In this document: positions 13,137 to 27,838 of the stretch, in pieces
Layout: every line of letters starts with the position of its first letter
How positions within the stretch are numbered: the first letter of the stretch is position 1
Assembly (NCBI GenBank): GCA_964016885.1
Contig: OZ024743.1
Span: forward strand, 107,198,001-107,262,000
Origin: Eledone cirrhosa
Taxonomy: Eukaryota
DNA: 64,000 bases
Reading direction: 5' to 3'
The notes under the pieces: model-generated
Seen by the model: the letters and a program-made list of their open reading frames with translations, nothing else
What the model was told of the DNA's origin: nothing
Databases searched by the model: none
Made by a program: the position numbers and the translations under genes

Positions 13137-13722
13137 AGTCATTTAATATCATTTGATTTTGTTTGTTTTTAAATTTCCATATCGTACCATTTAATACTTT
13201 TGCGTTATTTATTAATGGACAATTATTGTTCTTCATATATTTTAATATGATGGGGGTAATGCATGATAGGTTTAATTTCGTATTGAAGAAAGCTATGTGC
13301 AGTGTCTCTATTTAAAGCGATACATTCAATTAATATTTATAGCTATCAACAAATATAGATAGAGGTCTCCATGGTGGCTAACACATGATTAAATTTCAAA
13401 TTGATCCATTTTTTCGTAAATTGATCAAATATTGTTAACATATTAGTTTGTAGCTTAAAACTTCTAAAAAGATAGGTAATTAGCGGTGGGAAGTTCTCTA
13501 GTGTAATGGTTTAAAGCTCTCGTTCGTGTAACGAGTGATATACGGGTCATTGCCTGCAGACGATTTTGTCCATATTTTGTCGTCTCCAAGGGCAATTTTC
13601 GAGAATTCAGCCAGATTATTTAGAGTTATCTACAGTTATTGATAGATCTCTTCATCGTAACTAAGCCATTTTCAAATGACACACACAGACACAGACACAG
13701 ACACACAACAAAACACACACAC

Positions 13723-13828
<106 letters not shown>

Positions 13829-14080
13829 GTGTGTATGTGTGTGTGATATTCCGTCTAGCTATATCCTGTATACATGATTTAGCTAGATGGAATATCAAGG
13901 AAAACAATACTGAATCTATTGCAAGAGAGGTTAAGTACAGTACTCGTGTTCCATGAGGGGTCAGTTTGGCAGAGGCTCCTTCAAACAGCAGCGGTGGCCA
14001 TAACTGGACCCCATAAACCAATTGTCGGCCATATATATTAAACGTATGTAATACAATTTATACTATATATATATATATAT

Positions 14081-14340
14081 CCGGTGTGACATTTTGCTGA
14101 CGGTGCGGTAAGTCACCGTCCTTAGCTGCTGGTCCTTGAAAAAATCGGGTGGAGGATTCATGGAAACGCTATTGGCTTTTCTTGTCACCATGGCCCTTGC
14201 GACTGCCATCTTCTCCTCTGTGACTAACACTGTTTCGATATTCCGGGCCATACCCTCAAAAAGAACTGGTCCCTTTTTCAGCAGCACCACTATTGCTGCC
14301 GATACTGGTCTTACTGGTGGTGCTGAGATCGCTGTTACAG
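14081..14340 (-). other. Coding-like fragment, possibly LINE ORF1, after a (TTG)-rich low-complexity tract
   Basis: Open frame ..TVLVTEEKMAVARAMVTRKANSVSMNPPPDFFKDQQLRTVTYRT..; ends at TA; no family recognised with certainty. Confidence 0.3.
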
Positions 14341-14624
14341 GTATCGATGTTATTGTTGATGTTTTCGTTGGTACTGTTGTTGCTGTTGTTGTTGTTTTCG
14401 TTGATACTGTTGCTATTGTTACTGTTATTGTGGCTGTTGTTATTATTGTTGTTTTTGTTGATACTGTTCCTTCTATTATTGTTGTTGTGGCTGTTGTTAT
14501 TGTCATTGTTATTGTCGTTCTCGACCTTATCGCTGTTATTTTTGTTGTTGCTGTTGTTATTGATGGTGTTGTTGTTGGTGTTATTGTTGGTGTTGTTTCT
14601 GTTAGGAATATTTGGTAATTTTAA

Positions 14625-14664
<40 letters not shown>

Positions 14665-14665
<1 letters not shown>

Positions 14666-17632
14666 TTTCATTTATTAGCCACAAGGGCCGACATGTCGGG
14701 GACAATACAAAGACAGGGACAGTGGGGGTTTACAATAAGGTCGAGTAAAAGTGCACAATGGCAAAACTAATTTAACAATGAAAATATAAAAATATAAAAT
14801 AAACTATGCAAAATATAACAAAATAAATTCCCCGATAGGGGGTGGACGACCCTGGGGTGATTCGGGTACCCCACCAATCCTGAACCACCCTGCGCTTCTA
14901 GGGCACCCAGGAGAGCACCCCTCTCCTCAAGTTAGCTAGCCTATAGGCGCATGGTCAGAGTAGTCCCATTCACACGAGCCATTCTCGCCACATTCACCCA
15001 CCTTTTAGCAAATGTACTGGGGGGCAGCACTTCTATCTCCACCCCCACCCTCCTTTCCAGGTGAAACTTGAAGAAGTTGATGAGGGATTGGCCGAAGAGA
15101 AAAGTGTCTGTCTTTAGTCCTTTCAACCTTGTCCACCATATAATCTCTTTCGCAACTGCCACCAGACAGAGGAACATGTCCTGCTCTTCCTGACCTAAGG
15201 AAGGTGGCGGCTCGATCTTCACTATGGACTCGGCCGATAACCGGATTCGTTCCACACGCGACAGTAGCTGTTCGACATAACTCCACAAGTCAGTAATGCA
15301 CAGACATTGGACACGTGCGTGCAGAACGGTTTCGTCGTTCTGTGCGCATCTTGGGCAGGTCCGTCTGACAGCTCTTCCGTGCCTGTAGAGTTTATCCCGA
15401 ACCAGCAGTGCCCCCCGGTAGCACTGCCAAGCGAGGGATTTCTGGAAATTGTCCATCGTCTCCGGCTCAAAAGTCCTCCGGTACAGACTGGTCAGTTCGA
15501 CTTCGTCGAGGCCCAAAGCTTCTCCGAGTGCGTCATCGCACTTGCCCACCACTAATCCTCTATAGAACTCGAGAGTGGAAGTTCCACTGATCGCATTGCC
15601 GGCTTGGTAGAGGGCAGTGAGTGCCTGGCAACATTCCAGGTGCCAGTCACCCAGTCTCGGTCTCTTCTTGACCCAGGACTGCAGCTCAGTCAAAGAAATG
15701 AGCTGCGGAAAGGCCCGTCTGATAAACGGCGACCACACCTGTTCACCATTGTGGCAGAATATCTGGAGATGTCGCAGCCTCAACGCATGTCTGCGCATCA
15801 TTAGCCACGGCATGCCCAGCTCTCCGCGTAGAGGGTGCTGGCAGCAGATGGACCACCTCACCAACGGAACTTGTCCCCTCCACAAGAATTTGAAGAGGAG
15901 CCGTTCCAACTTGACGAGGCGCGGACGGGGGCAAGGCACGACGGTTAGGCGGTAATAGATGACGGACGCGATGTACGCATTCGCCACCTCCGCGCGACCT
16001 TTCAGTGATAGCTTCCTCCCAGCCCATTTTTGGGTGAGACTGGCTACTCTGCTCGTTACTTCGTCCCAATTCTTTTCCACCTGGAGGTCTGGTCCGAACC
16101 AAACCCCGAGCAACTTTACTGGTCCCTCCGTCCAGCTCCCCACGACGCTGTTGGACGGCATGGGCTTGCCTCTCCAGGTTCCGAGCTGCAAGCCCACCGA
16201 CTTTTCCGGGTTAAGTTTGGCTCCTGTCAACCTTTCATATTCCTTCAATAAGGTGCCGACCACCTCGATTTCTGAGGTGTTCGACACCATCACGGTGATG
16301 TCGTCCGCATAAGCCGACACCGCCTTTCCACGTCCCGGTTCGAGCGGGATGCCCTGCAACAGCTCCAGCTTCCGCAGTAAAGGCTCGAGAGTTAATACGT
16401 ACAGAATGGAAGAGAGAGGGCACCCTTGACGCACCGATCGGGAGAGCCGAAATGGTTCCAAGAGGTGTCCATTAACCTTGACCACCGAGCGTGTGCCGCT
16501 GTGCATTGCAACGATCCAGCTTCTAAAGACAGGGCCGAAGCCAGCTGCTTTGAGGACAAACTCCAGATACCGATGGTCGACCCTATCGAATGCTTTCGAT
16601 TGATCTAAATTGATCAGTGCCCCACCGAAGCCAGGTTTACACCCTCCCCTCTCTATGATGTATCGCATGAGGTGGAGATTGTCGTGTATGGACCTGGCTG
16701 GGATTGCGCAAGTTTGCGCCTCCCCAACCAAATCCTCGACGACAAGCGCCAATCTCTTTGCTAACACCTTGGCCAAAATTTTAAACTCTGTGTTGAGCAG
16801 AGTTATGGGCCTGAAGTTGTCTAATGTATCCCTCTTGTTCTCGTCTTTCCTTATCAGCGTCACCACTCCCCTGCTCACAGAACTGGGAATACTCCCATTC
16901 TGCTGCCAGTTACAGTAGAGTGCTTCGAGGAGTTCGGAGAACAAGTCTGGCATATTTACGTAAAGCTCGTAGGGCAGGCCATCCAAACCGGGTGACTTGC
17001 GCCTCATGCAGCCGACAAGGGCGTCCTGAATTTCGGCTGAAGTAATCGGCCTTTCGCAGCGCTCAGCGTCGACCGTCAAGATGCGCGGCAAGCCGTCAAG
17101 GTAGGGACTGAAATCCGCTACTCTCTCTGACTCGCCACCTCCCCGAACAACCGAGCAAAGTGCTGGCGAAAGGCCTCACACATCCGCTTGGAATCGCTTA
17201 TCTCGTGTCCGTCTCGGTCCGCCAAAGACCGAATTGTGGTTTTATTACCACGCTGCGCCTCCGCCACGCGGGCCCATCGAACAGCTTTAGTTCCCTCGTT
17301 TCTCAGCGCACGCGCCTTAGCTCTGACAATGCAACCTTCGTGTTTGGCATTGAAGAAATGGTCTAATGCCATTCTCGCCGCCAACACGTCAGTTGCAATG
17401 CCACTACAAATAGCCTCGTCTAACTTATCTACCAGCTCCCCCTCCTTTCTATTTTTCTCTAACGCTAGTTCTTTGCTGAACTCTATCGAAGTTACTCTAA
17501 TCTCTCTTTTGAGAGCCCCCCACCATCTGTTGTTGATGATTCCTCCTGTCAACTTTTGCTTAACTAACTTATTGACTCGATCCCTGTAAGCCTTACGTGC
17601 CGGAAATGACAGGTTCAGCTTCCAGTAACCCG
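14665..17632 (-). mobile_element. 5'-truncated L1/Tx1-clade LINE inserted in (AAT)n
   Basis: ORF2 from GYWKLN through RT to a CCHC finger; 3'UTR with AATAAA then (ATT)n tail; AAT-rich repeats at both ends. Confidence 0.9.
14941..17632 (-). pseudogene. Tx1-like ORF2 (RT plus zf-RVT); one frameshift near 17120-17135; endonuclease missing
   Basis: KSPGLDG, NFRPITLLN, LDQSKAFDRV, VRQGCPLS, YADD, CPRC..ETVLH..C. Confidence 0.9.
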
Positions 17633-17659
17633 AATAATAACAACAATAATAATAACAAC

Positions 17660-18442
17660 AAAAAATTACCAAACCAACATAATAAAAAATGGGTGCAGCC
17701 CATTATGCCGTGTATGCAAAAAACAACCAGAGACCATTGACCATATAATTTCAATGTGCAGTCCTATTGCTCCAACCGAATACCTAAACAGGCATGACAG
17801 AGCTGCACAATACATACATTGGATAATGTGTAAGCATTTTGACCTGCCCCATCAAAAGAATTGGTGGGAGCATCAACCACCTCCCATACTTGAAAAAGAT
17901 CACATCTCAATCTTGTGGAACTCTAGCATCCAAACAGACCGAAAAATAGATGCAAACAGACCTGATATAATATTGAAAGACTTTCAAAAGAGGGTATGCC
18001 TGCTAATTGATATGTCTGTTCCAATAGACAAGAATGTATCTATAAAAACATTTGAAAAATTGAGCAAGTATAAGGACCTGGAGATAGAAATTGGAAAAAT
18101 GTGGAAATTGAGAACTAAAACAATACCAGTGGTTGTAGGCGCTCTGGGAATGATAACTAAGGGGTCTAATGATTACATATCGCAAATCCCAGGAAACCCG
18201 CGTATAGGAGAAATACAAAAGATAGTATTAATGGGAACTGCCCATATACTAAGGAAGATTCTGTCAATAAAAGTGCATCACAAGTCTAAACACTAAAGAT
18301 GCATGTGTGAATATGTATGTTCTTTCTTGAACATGGCGAACCTTGTTGTCTCTTCGGGGTCACTGGTTGTGACTTGGTGATAACTCGTATGAACATAAAG
18401 CAAGATAAATGCAACTGTAATAATAATAATAATAATAATAAT
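17660..18442 (+). mobile_element. R4/Dong-like non-LTR retrotransposon 3' fragment (CCHC plus restriction-like endonuclease) with (TAA)n tail
   Basis: CRVCKKQPETIDHIISMC, RHD, RPDIIL..LLIDMSVP..EKLSKYKDL..PVVVGALG. Confidence 0.85.
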
Positions 18443-18890
18443 AGAGTGTAAACACCTAGCCCAGGCTCATTATAAAGCCTGGAGACATGATGTGATAGGC
18501 AGGATGATCCACTGGCATCTATGCAAAGTAAACAATTTAGCACATTCAGAGAAGTGGTATGAGCAGAAGCCAGAGTCGGTGATAGAAAACGATCAGGTGA
18601 AGGTGCTGTGGGATTTTAGGATACAGACGGACAAGACATTAGAACACAATAGGCCTGACCTGGTGGTTTTGGACAAGGAAAAAATATCATGTCTGATTGA
18701 AGATGTAGCCTGCCCATTTGACACGAGAGTGCAAGAAAAGGAGTGGGAGAAAATTAACCGATCCAGTATTAAAAGTGGGAGTTCAAAAGGATTTGGAACT
18801 GTCATGAAATCAAGGTCGTCCCGACTATCATAGGCGCACTAGGTACTATCTCAAAGAGTTTCCAAGGATGGTTAAAGAACTAGTTGGAAC
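18443..18890 (+). mobile_element. Second, distinct R4-like RLE fragment
   Basis: RHDVIGRMIHWHLCK..WDFRIQTD..NRPDLVVLDK..DVACPFD..EK; frameshifted. Confidence 0.8.
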
Positions 18891-19022
18891 GCAAAGTAGA
18901 ATGTGCGTGCGTTAGTGTCGTTATGTGTGTGAGTGTAAGTGTACGTTTAATATATATTTATATACATCTCAAATACACAAACTTAAACTCACAAAAGCAC
19001 AGGCATATATGTTATTCATAAT

Positions 19023-19090
<68 letters not shown>

Positions 19091-19514
19091 AAAACATCCT
19101 GACAAAAAGCATGCCAGCCAGTTCGCACACCATGTGCGGGACTTTGCAAATAACGACACACCTTTTTCCTATGTTAATCGTACAAAGTTTTGCCGGCTAT
19201 GTAATTTGAATTTTGGCCGTTTAGACTGCTGCTATTTCTAGTGGCAGGACATTGACCTGTCCACCTTGCCTTTTGTCTTTGCACACGACATCAGACAGAA
19301 TTCTTTATTTCATCATTCGCCCTCATTTGGGAATAGATTTGTATGGCATTAGATTCTGATTTGAACTCGAGAATTTTATATTCTCCGAGGGAGAAAAGCC
19401 TTCTCAATGGAAATCCGCTTGGATTTTCCGTTTATTCTGGAGCAAGAAACCGCTGTAAAGGCAAATATAGTAAGTACTGCGAATTTTTTAAAATTTATTT
19501 GCTAGACCTTGATT

Positions 19515-19594
<80 letters not shown>

Positions 19595-19598
<4 letters not shown>

Positions 19599-19922
19599 AG
19601 AAAATACGAAGTAGTTTCAGATGTTAAAGTTCTTATTTAATAAGGCTGTGATACACTCTTTGTCTTTCCCTTGTCGTTTCAATTTCGATTGCCTCGGGAA
19701 CGTAACTTTATTAGTAAGAAGCTGTCTGATGAGGTCATAACACTGGGTACACGGAATTGTGTGGCCATTGTCGACATTGAAATATGTATCACAGCCTTAT
19801 CAATAAAGGACTTTTACATCTGAAACTACTTCGAATTTTCTTATTCTAAATATACTCTATCATTCCTATGTGTAAAAATTACGTTGAGTGCTTGAAATGA
19901 ATAACATCAATATTACCGTCAG
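19595..19922 (+). mobile_element. Mini PLE-derived element: inverted arm (19595-19655 vs 19785-19845), HHR, tail; TA-flanked
   Basis: Arms complementary; HHR at 19721-19795: gctgt-CTGATGA-ggtca..tggcc..-GAAA-tatgta-TC-acagc. Confidence 0.75.
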
Positions 19923-20137
19923 TATATATATATATATATATGTATATAAAACGGATGCAGTAAAATTCTGCTACAACATTACTCACCAGACTACTCGAGA
20001 CTTTTATACACTTTTATATATATATGTATGTGTATATATATATACCTATATATACATATTATATTTATATATATATATACACATATATATGTATATATAT
20101 ATACATATATATATATACATGTTTATATATGTATATT

Positions 20138-20169
<32 letters not shown>

Positions 20170-20229
20170 CATAAATACTTATATACACATATATACTTAT
20201 ATATATATATATAAATATATATATATTTA

Positions 20230-20308
<79 letters not shown>

Positions 20309-20399
20309 TATACATACATATATATACATAAATATATATGTATGTATATATGTATGTATATGTATGTATACATACATATGTATACATACATATGTATGA

Positions 20400-20730
20400 T
20401 GGTATCCAATGATGTTGACTTGTTCTTCTTTTTGGTAAATATCATCTTGGTTAAGAGAGTGGGACTGGCTTTGTGCAGTGCCTTTGCTCACTATAAAAGC
20501 TTCACGGCACAGGCATTGCTTTATATCTGGAGATCTCTCTGCACTTGTCGTCACAGGGTACCATGGCCCCAGCACTATGTGTCAATATTTGTCACAAGTG
20601 TAGTGTTTGTACCAGAGTTTTCAAGTCGCTGGCTGGACTAAGAGGTCACACTCGTTCAGTGCATCGGTAGGGGTTCTCCTATATGGATATAAAGTAGTGG
20701 CCGTACTCGAAAACGAGTTGGCAGCCACCA
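20400..20730 (+). mobile_element. RTE-clade LINE 3' end
   Basis: C2H2 finger [22 protein letters not shown] then short 3'UTR hairpin (ctcgaaaacgag) and (TATG)-type tail. Confidence 0.65.
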
Positions 20731-20929
20731 TATGTATGTATATATATATGTACACACACACGTATATATATATAAGTATGCATATATATATATATATATG
20801 CATACTTATATATATATATATATGTATATATATTATATATATATAGGTATGCGTGTATATATATATATGTGTGTGTATATATGTACATATATATACATAA
20901 ATATATACAAACATATATATTTATGTATA

Positions 20930-21021
<92 letters not shown>

Positions 21022-21096
21022 AGTATATATGTATATATAAGTATTTATGTATATATATATGTATATATATATATGTACATATATATATATATATAT

Positions 21097-21248
21097 ATGT
21101 AATTTTACCCCATTTTTTGAAATGTTTACACACCTTCATTCCTTGACTCATAGAGGCTTCACCACACACGCACACACATAACACGTATATATATATATAT
21201 AAATATATATATATATGTATTTATATATATATATATATATATAAATAC

Positions 21249-21302
<54 letters not shown>

Positions 21303-21319
21303 GTATATATATATATGTG

Positions 21320-21408
<89 letters not shown>

Positions 21409-21425
21409 ATATATAATATATATAT

Positions 21426-21457
<32 letters not shown>

Positions 21458-21546
21458 CGTGTTATGTGTGTGCGTGTGTGGTGAAGCCTCTATGAGTCAA
21501 GGAATGAAGGTGTGTAAACATTTAAAAAAATGGGGTAAAATTACAT
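21097..21546. repeat. Inverted repeat (~91-bp arms) flanking a ~270-bp TA-rich tract
   Basis: 21097-21187 vs 21456-21546 near-identical reverse complements. Confidence 0.9.
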
Positions 21547-21964
21547 TCACGTTAATAAATGAATATACAGCAAAAATGAAAAAAAAAATCTAAATTGACA
21601 TAAAATAAGTTAAAGCAAATAAAAGTAAAGAAATTCTCATTAAGCAAGAAATAAAAGCGAAATAAATGTGTTTGATAGATTGATGAATAACATAAAGAGT
21701 AAACAAACATAATAAAGAATATACAAACCTATAATAAATAAATAACAACGAAAGAGACCTCAACAAATTAGGTCCTTGGATTTTAATGCTTAGTTTGGTT
21801 TGTTTGTGTAAGGTACAGTGTTTTGTTAATGAGAAATTATCAGAGTAGAAGTGAATGGAGCTATGCCGGATGAATGTTGGGTGTAAATGTTGGGTGTACA
21901 CACATGTACGTTGACACACACATACACACACACACACATATATATGGATGTATCTATCTATCTA

Positions 21965-21997
<33 letters not shown>

Positions 21998-22934
21998 TCT
22001 CACACACACACACACACACACATACGCTCGTATCTACATATATGAATAAAAACAGTACGATATGTCATCAGTTTTAAAGAAAGATCGAAAAAAAAACATA
22101 ATTATGTTTTCGTAAAAAAGTATATTCATACATGTAGGTTTGTGTGTGTGTTTTACAACTCCAAAGATTTTTAAACGTCATTGGTGTAGTGTAACTGATG
22201 GTTATAATTAATGTATAAAAAATCATAGAAATAACATTTAAGTAAGTGTAAGTGTGTGTATAAATATATGCTTCCCTATAAACATTCATACACACGCACT
22301 AATATATATATATATATACATGCATGCACACACATATATATGTATATATACATATTATGTGTGTGTGTGTGGGTGTGTGTATGCGTGTGTGTATGTGTGT
22401 GTGTGTGTGTGTAAACAAATGCTTATAGATAGAGCAATTCATAATTATATACTTAATAAACGAAAGAAATTCCCATTTCAAATTTTGTCTGGAATGTTTA
22501 TATCTACTTTTATATAAAGTTATTAATACTTAACTGTGGACGTATATGTACAGCATATTTATAAATAAATAAATAAAGATAATATATATATATATATATA
22601 TATATATAAGTGTGTGTGTGTGTGTGTAAGGATAGAGAGGCTGAAATACTGCTATAGGTGTGTGCGTAAGAAGTGGGTCTAGTGATATTTTAAACCGTAA
22701 GTGTAAACGATGTTGATTGAAATGCTGATAAGTCCCAGCCACGTTCCGTGACCAATTTTATTTTGCTTTCATTAAAACGTATATTATGATAGTTTCAAAT
22801 GGAGTCTATATATAAATACGATACTGGCACACGTATATACAGATGTACATACCGCTTTCGTATAACATACGCTTTCACTCTCTCTCTCACACACACTCAC
22901 ATGTATATCTATATATATATATATATATATATAT

Positions 22935-22974
<40 letters not shown>

Positions 22975-24489
22975 AGAGAGAGAGAGCGAGAGCGAGAGGG
23001 TGATCGAGAGATAAGAAGATAGAAAGATAGATAAATCAATTTCTCCAATGATGTCACACATGTTTTTACATTGTAAACTCGTCTCACGTAAAAACATTAA
23101 TTTCCTTATATTTCCTTTTAACCTGCTGCTATTCTAAGTTTGGTATGTTTTCTGTAACGTAAAATAAAACACACACACACATAACCACACACATAGACAC
23201 ACAAAGACACACACAAACCCAGTCATACAGAGACACACAAACAGGCACAAAGATAAATATTTCTATTTATATATGTATATATATTTATATATCTATATAT
23301 CTATACCTATTGATATATGTATATATATATATGTGTGTGTGTGTGTATGATTATTTGAACGCTAGAGAGAAAAAAAAATAGAAAAGAATGTTTCGACGTA
23401 TCGGATGTTAGTGTCTCATTAGAAATGAGTAATATCAAATCTCATACTAAATTGGAATGTTAGAAGGAAAAACTATGACGTTTTCTTAGGCTTGCACGCT
23501 AGTGAAAAATTCTTGGCGGAAAAGGGAGAAGTGACAAAGATAAACCCATGACTAGGATGTGGCTTCATTAACAATAAATTTCACCGATCTGGACATTGAC
23601 CTTGAAAATGATATTTCCCCCAACGTTGAACTTTCAGATTTACTTCCATGTTGTAGTGCACCATTTGCAGATTTCACCAATCAAATTCCACTTATCACCT
23701 ATCAAATAATTCCCATCACAATACAATGATCAATTTTTACTCTATCTACTTCCCTTCGTAATATACTTGATCAACCGGAGTTATGATAGAAGTAGTTTGC
23801 TATAGATGAAACATTTGTTACTCAATCCAGTAGCCACTGAGTAGAGTAGCAACTTTTTTACCTCACAAGCACATATCTCAGATCATCGTATTGTATATCT
23901 CATGACAGAAGAATCGCTATTTATTTCATAAAGTGGTATCAAAATGCATCATTAATGGAATGAATTGGGGTCCATCTATCAATCATGTCCACGTAATTGT
24001 TGCAGCTACCCGTTTAACTGTGTCCGTCATGGCTTGCTTTGGGCATTAGAAATGTGTTTCGGTTCCCAATCCCTCTATACTTGCAATCAAAAGAAAGAAT
24101 AATTCGAGCCTCTCTTTTAGACTCAAATGTGTATTTATACCATAGCATGTATAAAACGCTAATAATATATATTTTACTGGAAAATCTTCCATGAATAACA
24201 CGAGTTTAATCCACAATATCTTTCTGTATATCATTTTCCTTTATTTCATGTATGATGCTAATTGAAAAACATCTTTACAAAACTTGCACTTGTATCATAA
24301 TATTAATGTTTTGTTTAACTTGTAAATTCTATAATGTTATACATCTCTTCGACTTGAAGTCCAGATTTGCCATTGTGATCAATTATGTTTCTTAATTTTT
24401 TTCGTTATCTACACTTCAATCTCTTTTTGTTGTTATTCATTTATCTATCTACATACTAACTTACCTTCCTACCTACATATATACATACA

Positions 24490-25040
24490 TAGCATGCACA
24501 GTAGTGGAAATTAGCTAGCCAGCAGATACCAATATAATATCAAAGATTAGCGAAAAGGAGAATATTTATGGAGAACTGATGAGAAACTGCAGATACTCCA
24601 CCCTGATTACACCTTCAGATTTATACCTGTGATTATTGGAGTACTGGTGTATGTTAGTAACTGCCTCAATACAAATCTTGAGAAGCTAGGCTTCACAGGA
24701 ACAGAGATAAAACAACTAGTTAGGAAATTACAAGTACAATCCATTAATGGAACAGTAAAAATATGTAAAACATTCCAAAAGTGTTGCATCTAATAACTGC
24801 ATATACACATGTACACATAGAAAGCATATACACATGCACACATACAACTCAAAACATCCACATCCACACATACAATAACATCCATATCTACACATGCAGA
24901 CAGGCATACATAATCTACCTAGTTGATGTGTAAATTCCAATGAGAGAGTATTGTGTCTATATTAGAAACCGACTCTCTCTCTCTCTATTGGTAAAAATGT
25001 GTGATATTATAAAACCAGAATAACATACATATATTTATAC
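24490..25040 (+). mobile_element. RLE-type LINE 3' fragment with (CATA)n tail
   Basis: CTVVEIS*PADTNI..EKENIYGEL..FIPVIIG..KLQVQSINGTVKICKTF; 3' end shared with 7205-7275. Confidence 0.7.
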
Positions 25041-25454
25041 ATTCATACATAAATATTTACATAACTACATTACATACATACAACTTATATATCGACATAC
25101 TTATATGACTTCCTAATTACGTACATATATGATTACATATTTTAATCTACTTTACTAGCTTTAACACCACATAGAGCAGTGGACATCGAGACATCTCCAA
25201 TCAGCATGGTTACACGCCTTGTCACGCGTCTGAACCCTGACCAGGCATCTGTTCGTCGTTTCTGTAGCAATTTTGATTAATGGAAGTACATTTGCTAGCA
25301 TCGTGCTCCCTGCATTCACACATACATGCATACATATATACATACATACATATATACATACATACATATATACTACATATCTACCTACATACCAATCGAA
25401 CAATAGATCTGGCTATTGTTAAATCTTGCCCCCCCCCCCTCGCTCTCTGTATAT

Positions 25455-25488
<34 letters not shown>

Positions 25489-25564
25489 GTATATAGATAT
25501 GCATACACACACAGATACAAACTTTCACCCCCCCCCCCCCTACACACACACATATACATATTTA

Positions 25565-25691
25565 TGAAAGAGTCGGGACTCCGACGGCTGAAATCTTACC
25601 GTTTCAACAGCTAGTTCTAAACCCTACTACTATACACTGATGAGTACTGGTCGAAGAAGTTTGTGAGCTTCTAACTGAATCCATCCTGATT

Positions 25692-25724
<33 letters not shown>

Positions 25725-25870
25725 ACAGTATATATAAAACAAAGATCATTGTGTGGTAAGATACCAGGTAGACCATAACGCACTAGAGTATTCTATACTT
25801 AGGGTAGTAGAGTGGGTAATAGGAAAAGAGTCAGGACCCCGATGGCTGAGCTCCAGCGTCAGGTCACTCT
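25565..25870 (-). mobile_element. Fragments of the PLE pLTR/tail family also seen at 48822-49014
   Basis: ataacgcactagagtattctatacttagggtagtagagtgggtaatagga..gaccccga matches 48856-48923; HHR 3' half GAAACGG..CCGTC at 25572-25612. Confidence 0.6.
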
Positions 25871-26736
25871 CGAGTGCTACTGGTAACATGTAACTCAGTA
25901 TAACCTGTACCACGGTCGGGTCGCCAGTGACAACCGACAACCCCACCAAGCTTGCTTAGTAAGGAGTGTGATATTTGAACACCCCACGGGATAAAATACA
26001 AGAGCGGGCAAAGGGCGGAGGAATTCAACAGAGTCAACGGCCATGCAAATACTACTTTTCATTCTCACCTGGGAGTGAAAGGCCCCCAATTGTTGTCACA
26101 AGAGAGAGGAAACTCTGAAGCAGCCTATCACGTTGACCATTTTCGGGTAGTATTTTCGATACTCAGAGAATGGGATCGGTCGAGTGTAAGGGTTTTCCCC
26201 TTTGCAACCATCATATATGTATATATGTCCCTCTAACAATCTTTCTATACACTACAAAATACTAGATTTTCTTTTAGAATTCGAGAATGCCCGTTAAAAA
26301 CTTTTGATAATAAGAAGCTAATATGAAATTCTGGAAAACGTGAGATGACAATTTAAGCAGTCAATGTAAATGAAGTATTCTATTTTCTCAATTCCACACA
26401 TGACAAAAATATCAGTAAAATACTAAGTAAATTACAAATTTGTCACCGAGTCGTGATAACTATCCAGGTCAACACGTAACAACATGTGCAAATATTTTAA
26501 AAACGACCGCGTGTTCATTTGCACTAATATTCACGCGCGCATTCACATGTTTGTACATGTTATTTTAAAGCAATTACATTTTTACTCACCTCCCATACAT
26601 AGATCTTTCAGGAAAGACTTTCAATGATATTTTTGGGGTAGTTTAATATTATATAAATTTTAACTCATTTCAAATATTATTATATTTTATACATTATATT
26701 ATTAAATAAACAAATAAATAAATATATATATATACA

Positions 26737-27838
26737 TTCCGCACGCCATCTCGCAGTCTGTGGCCTACTCCAATGCCACGGAACACCCGCCAATCTCCTT
26801 AGAGTCGAACAAAGAACTATCTTCATCTTACAGACCCACACTCCCCCCGGCCTGAACTCCCCACCCTTATTCCTTTAGCCTTCGACCGCCCCCTCCCCCC
26901 ACACATATCCCCCACTAACACACCCCTCCTTTTCACCGCCCACCCCACAACTAACAATACTAACACCTCCACTCCACCCCTCATCCGACCACCCTACCCC
27001 AACTAACATACTAACATCCCTCCCTTCGTCTCCTCCCCCCTCCTTATCATCCGCACCCAACGTGAGTTAATGGTGCCAACTTCACCGATGTTGCTCAATA
27101 AGTCGGCAGACCTCGCAGGGACTCTATATCTTTATGATGTATTGTTTTTGTTTATGCCACGAAACTACGTAGTCGAGGAATCTAGGAGCAGTTTAGGTAT
27201 GATACATTTTATTATTAATTATATCTAAATGTTTCTTCTCTCTTCATAATGTATTTTTAACTCTGATACTGGTTCAGTCTAGTTCAACCGGATTGGTCTG
27301 TCCCAGTCATTCATTGAGCAACATCGGTGAAGTTGGCACCCTTAACTCACGGTTGGGTGCGGATGCATTCATGTATATGTGTGTGTCCGCATGTATCTGT
27401 GTGTTTCTAAATATATTGTGAATAACTCCCTCTGGTCGAGCAATCTTTGAAGTGTGGGGACTGCTGGAAAGCTTCCATTACTCATACTTCTCGCCTCCTT
27501 CACCACCTCTTCTACGGCTTCGATATAAATACCCCCTCCGCCTCCGTGGTATATTCTTCGGGGTTATAAGAGGCTTAGCTCTGTTTCTCGACCGTTATAT
27601 CGCGTGACTATCTCCTCCTCCGCCTTTTGGGATTATTTCTCACGTCGTGTAGACGCGTTCTTGAGACTAGTAAAATGAGGTATCCTCTTGATAAGTCGGC
27701 AGAGCTCGCAGGGACTCTATATCTTTATGATGTATTGTTTTTGTTTATGCCACGAAACTACGTAGTCGAGGAATCTAGGAGCAGTTTAGGTATGATACAT
27801 TTTATTACTAATTATATCTAAATGTTTCTTCTCTCTTC

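Noticed and set aside
19396-19462. gcctt..GAAAccgctgTA aaggc, and a similar tctgc..GAAAtatataTA gcaga at 40503-40556
   Set aside because: Probably decayed HHRs, but no recognisable CUGANGA; not counted
23550-24380. Possible decayed ORF on the minus strand (LINE ORF1-like)
   Set aside because: Too many stops and no diagnostic motif
24575-24592. CTGATGAGAAAC motif
   Set aside because: Lies in LINE coding sequence (ELMR); no flanking stem I
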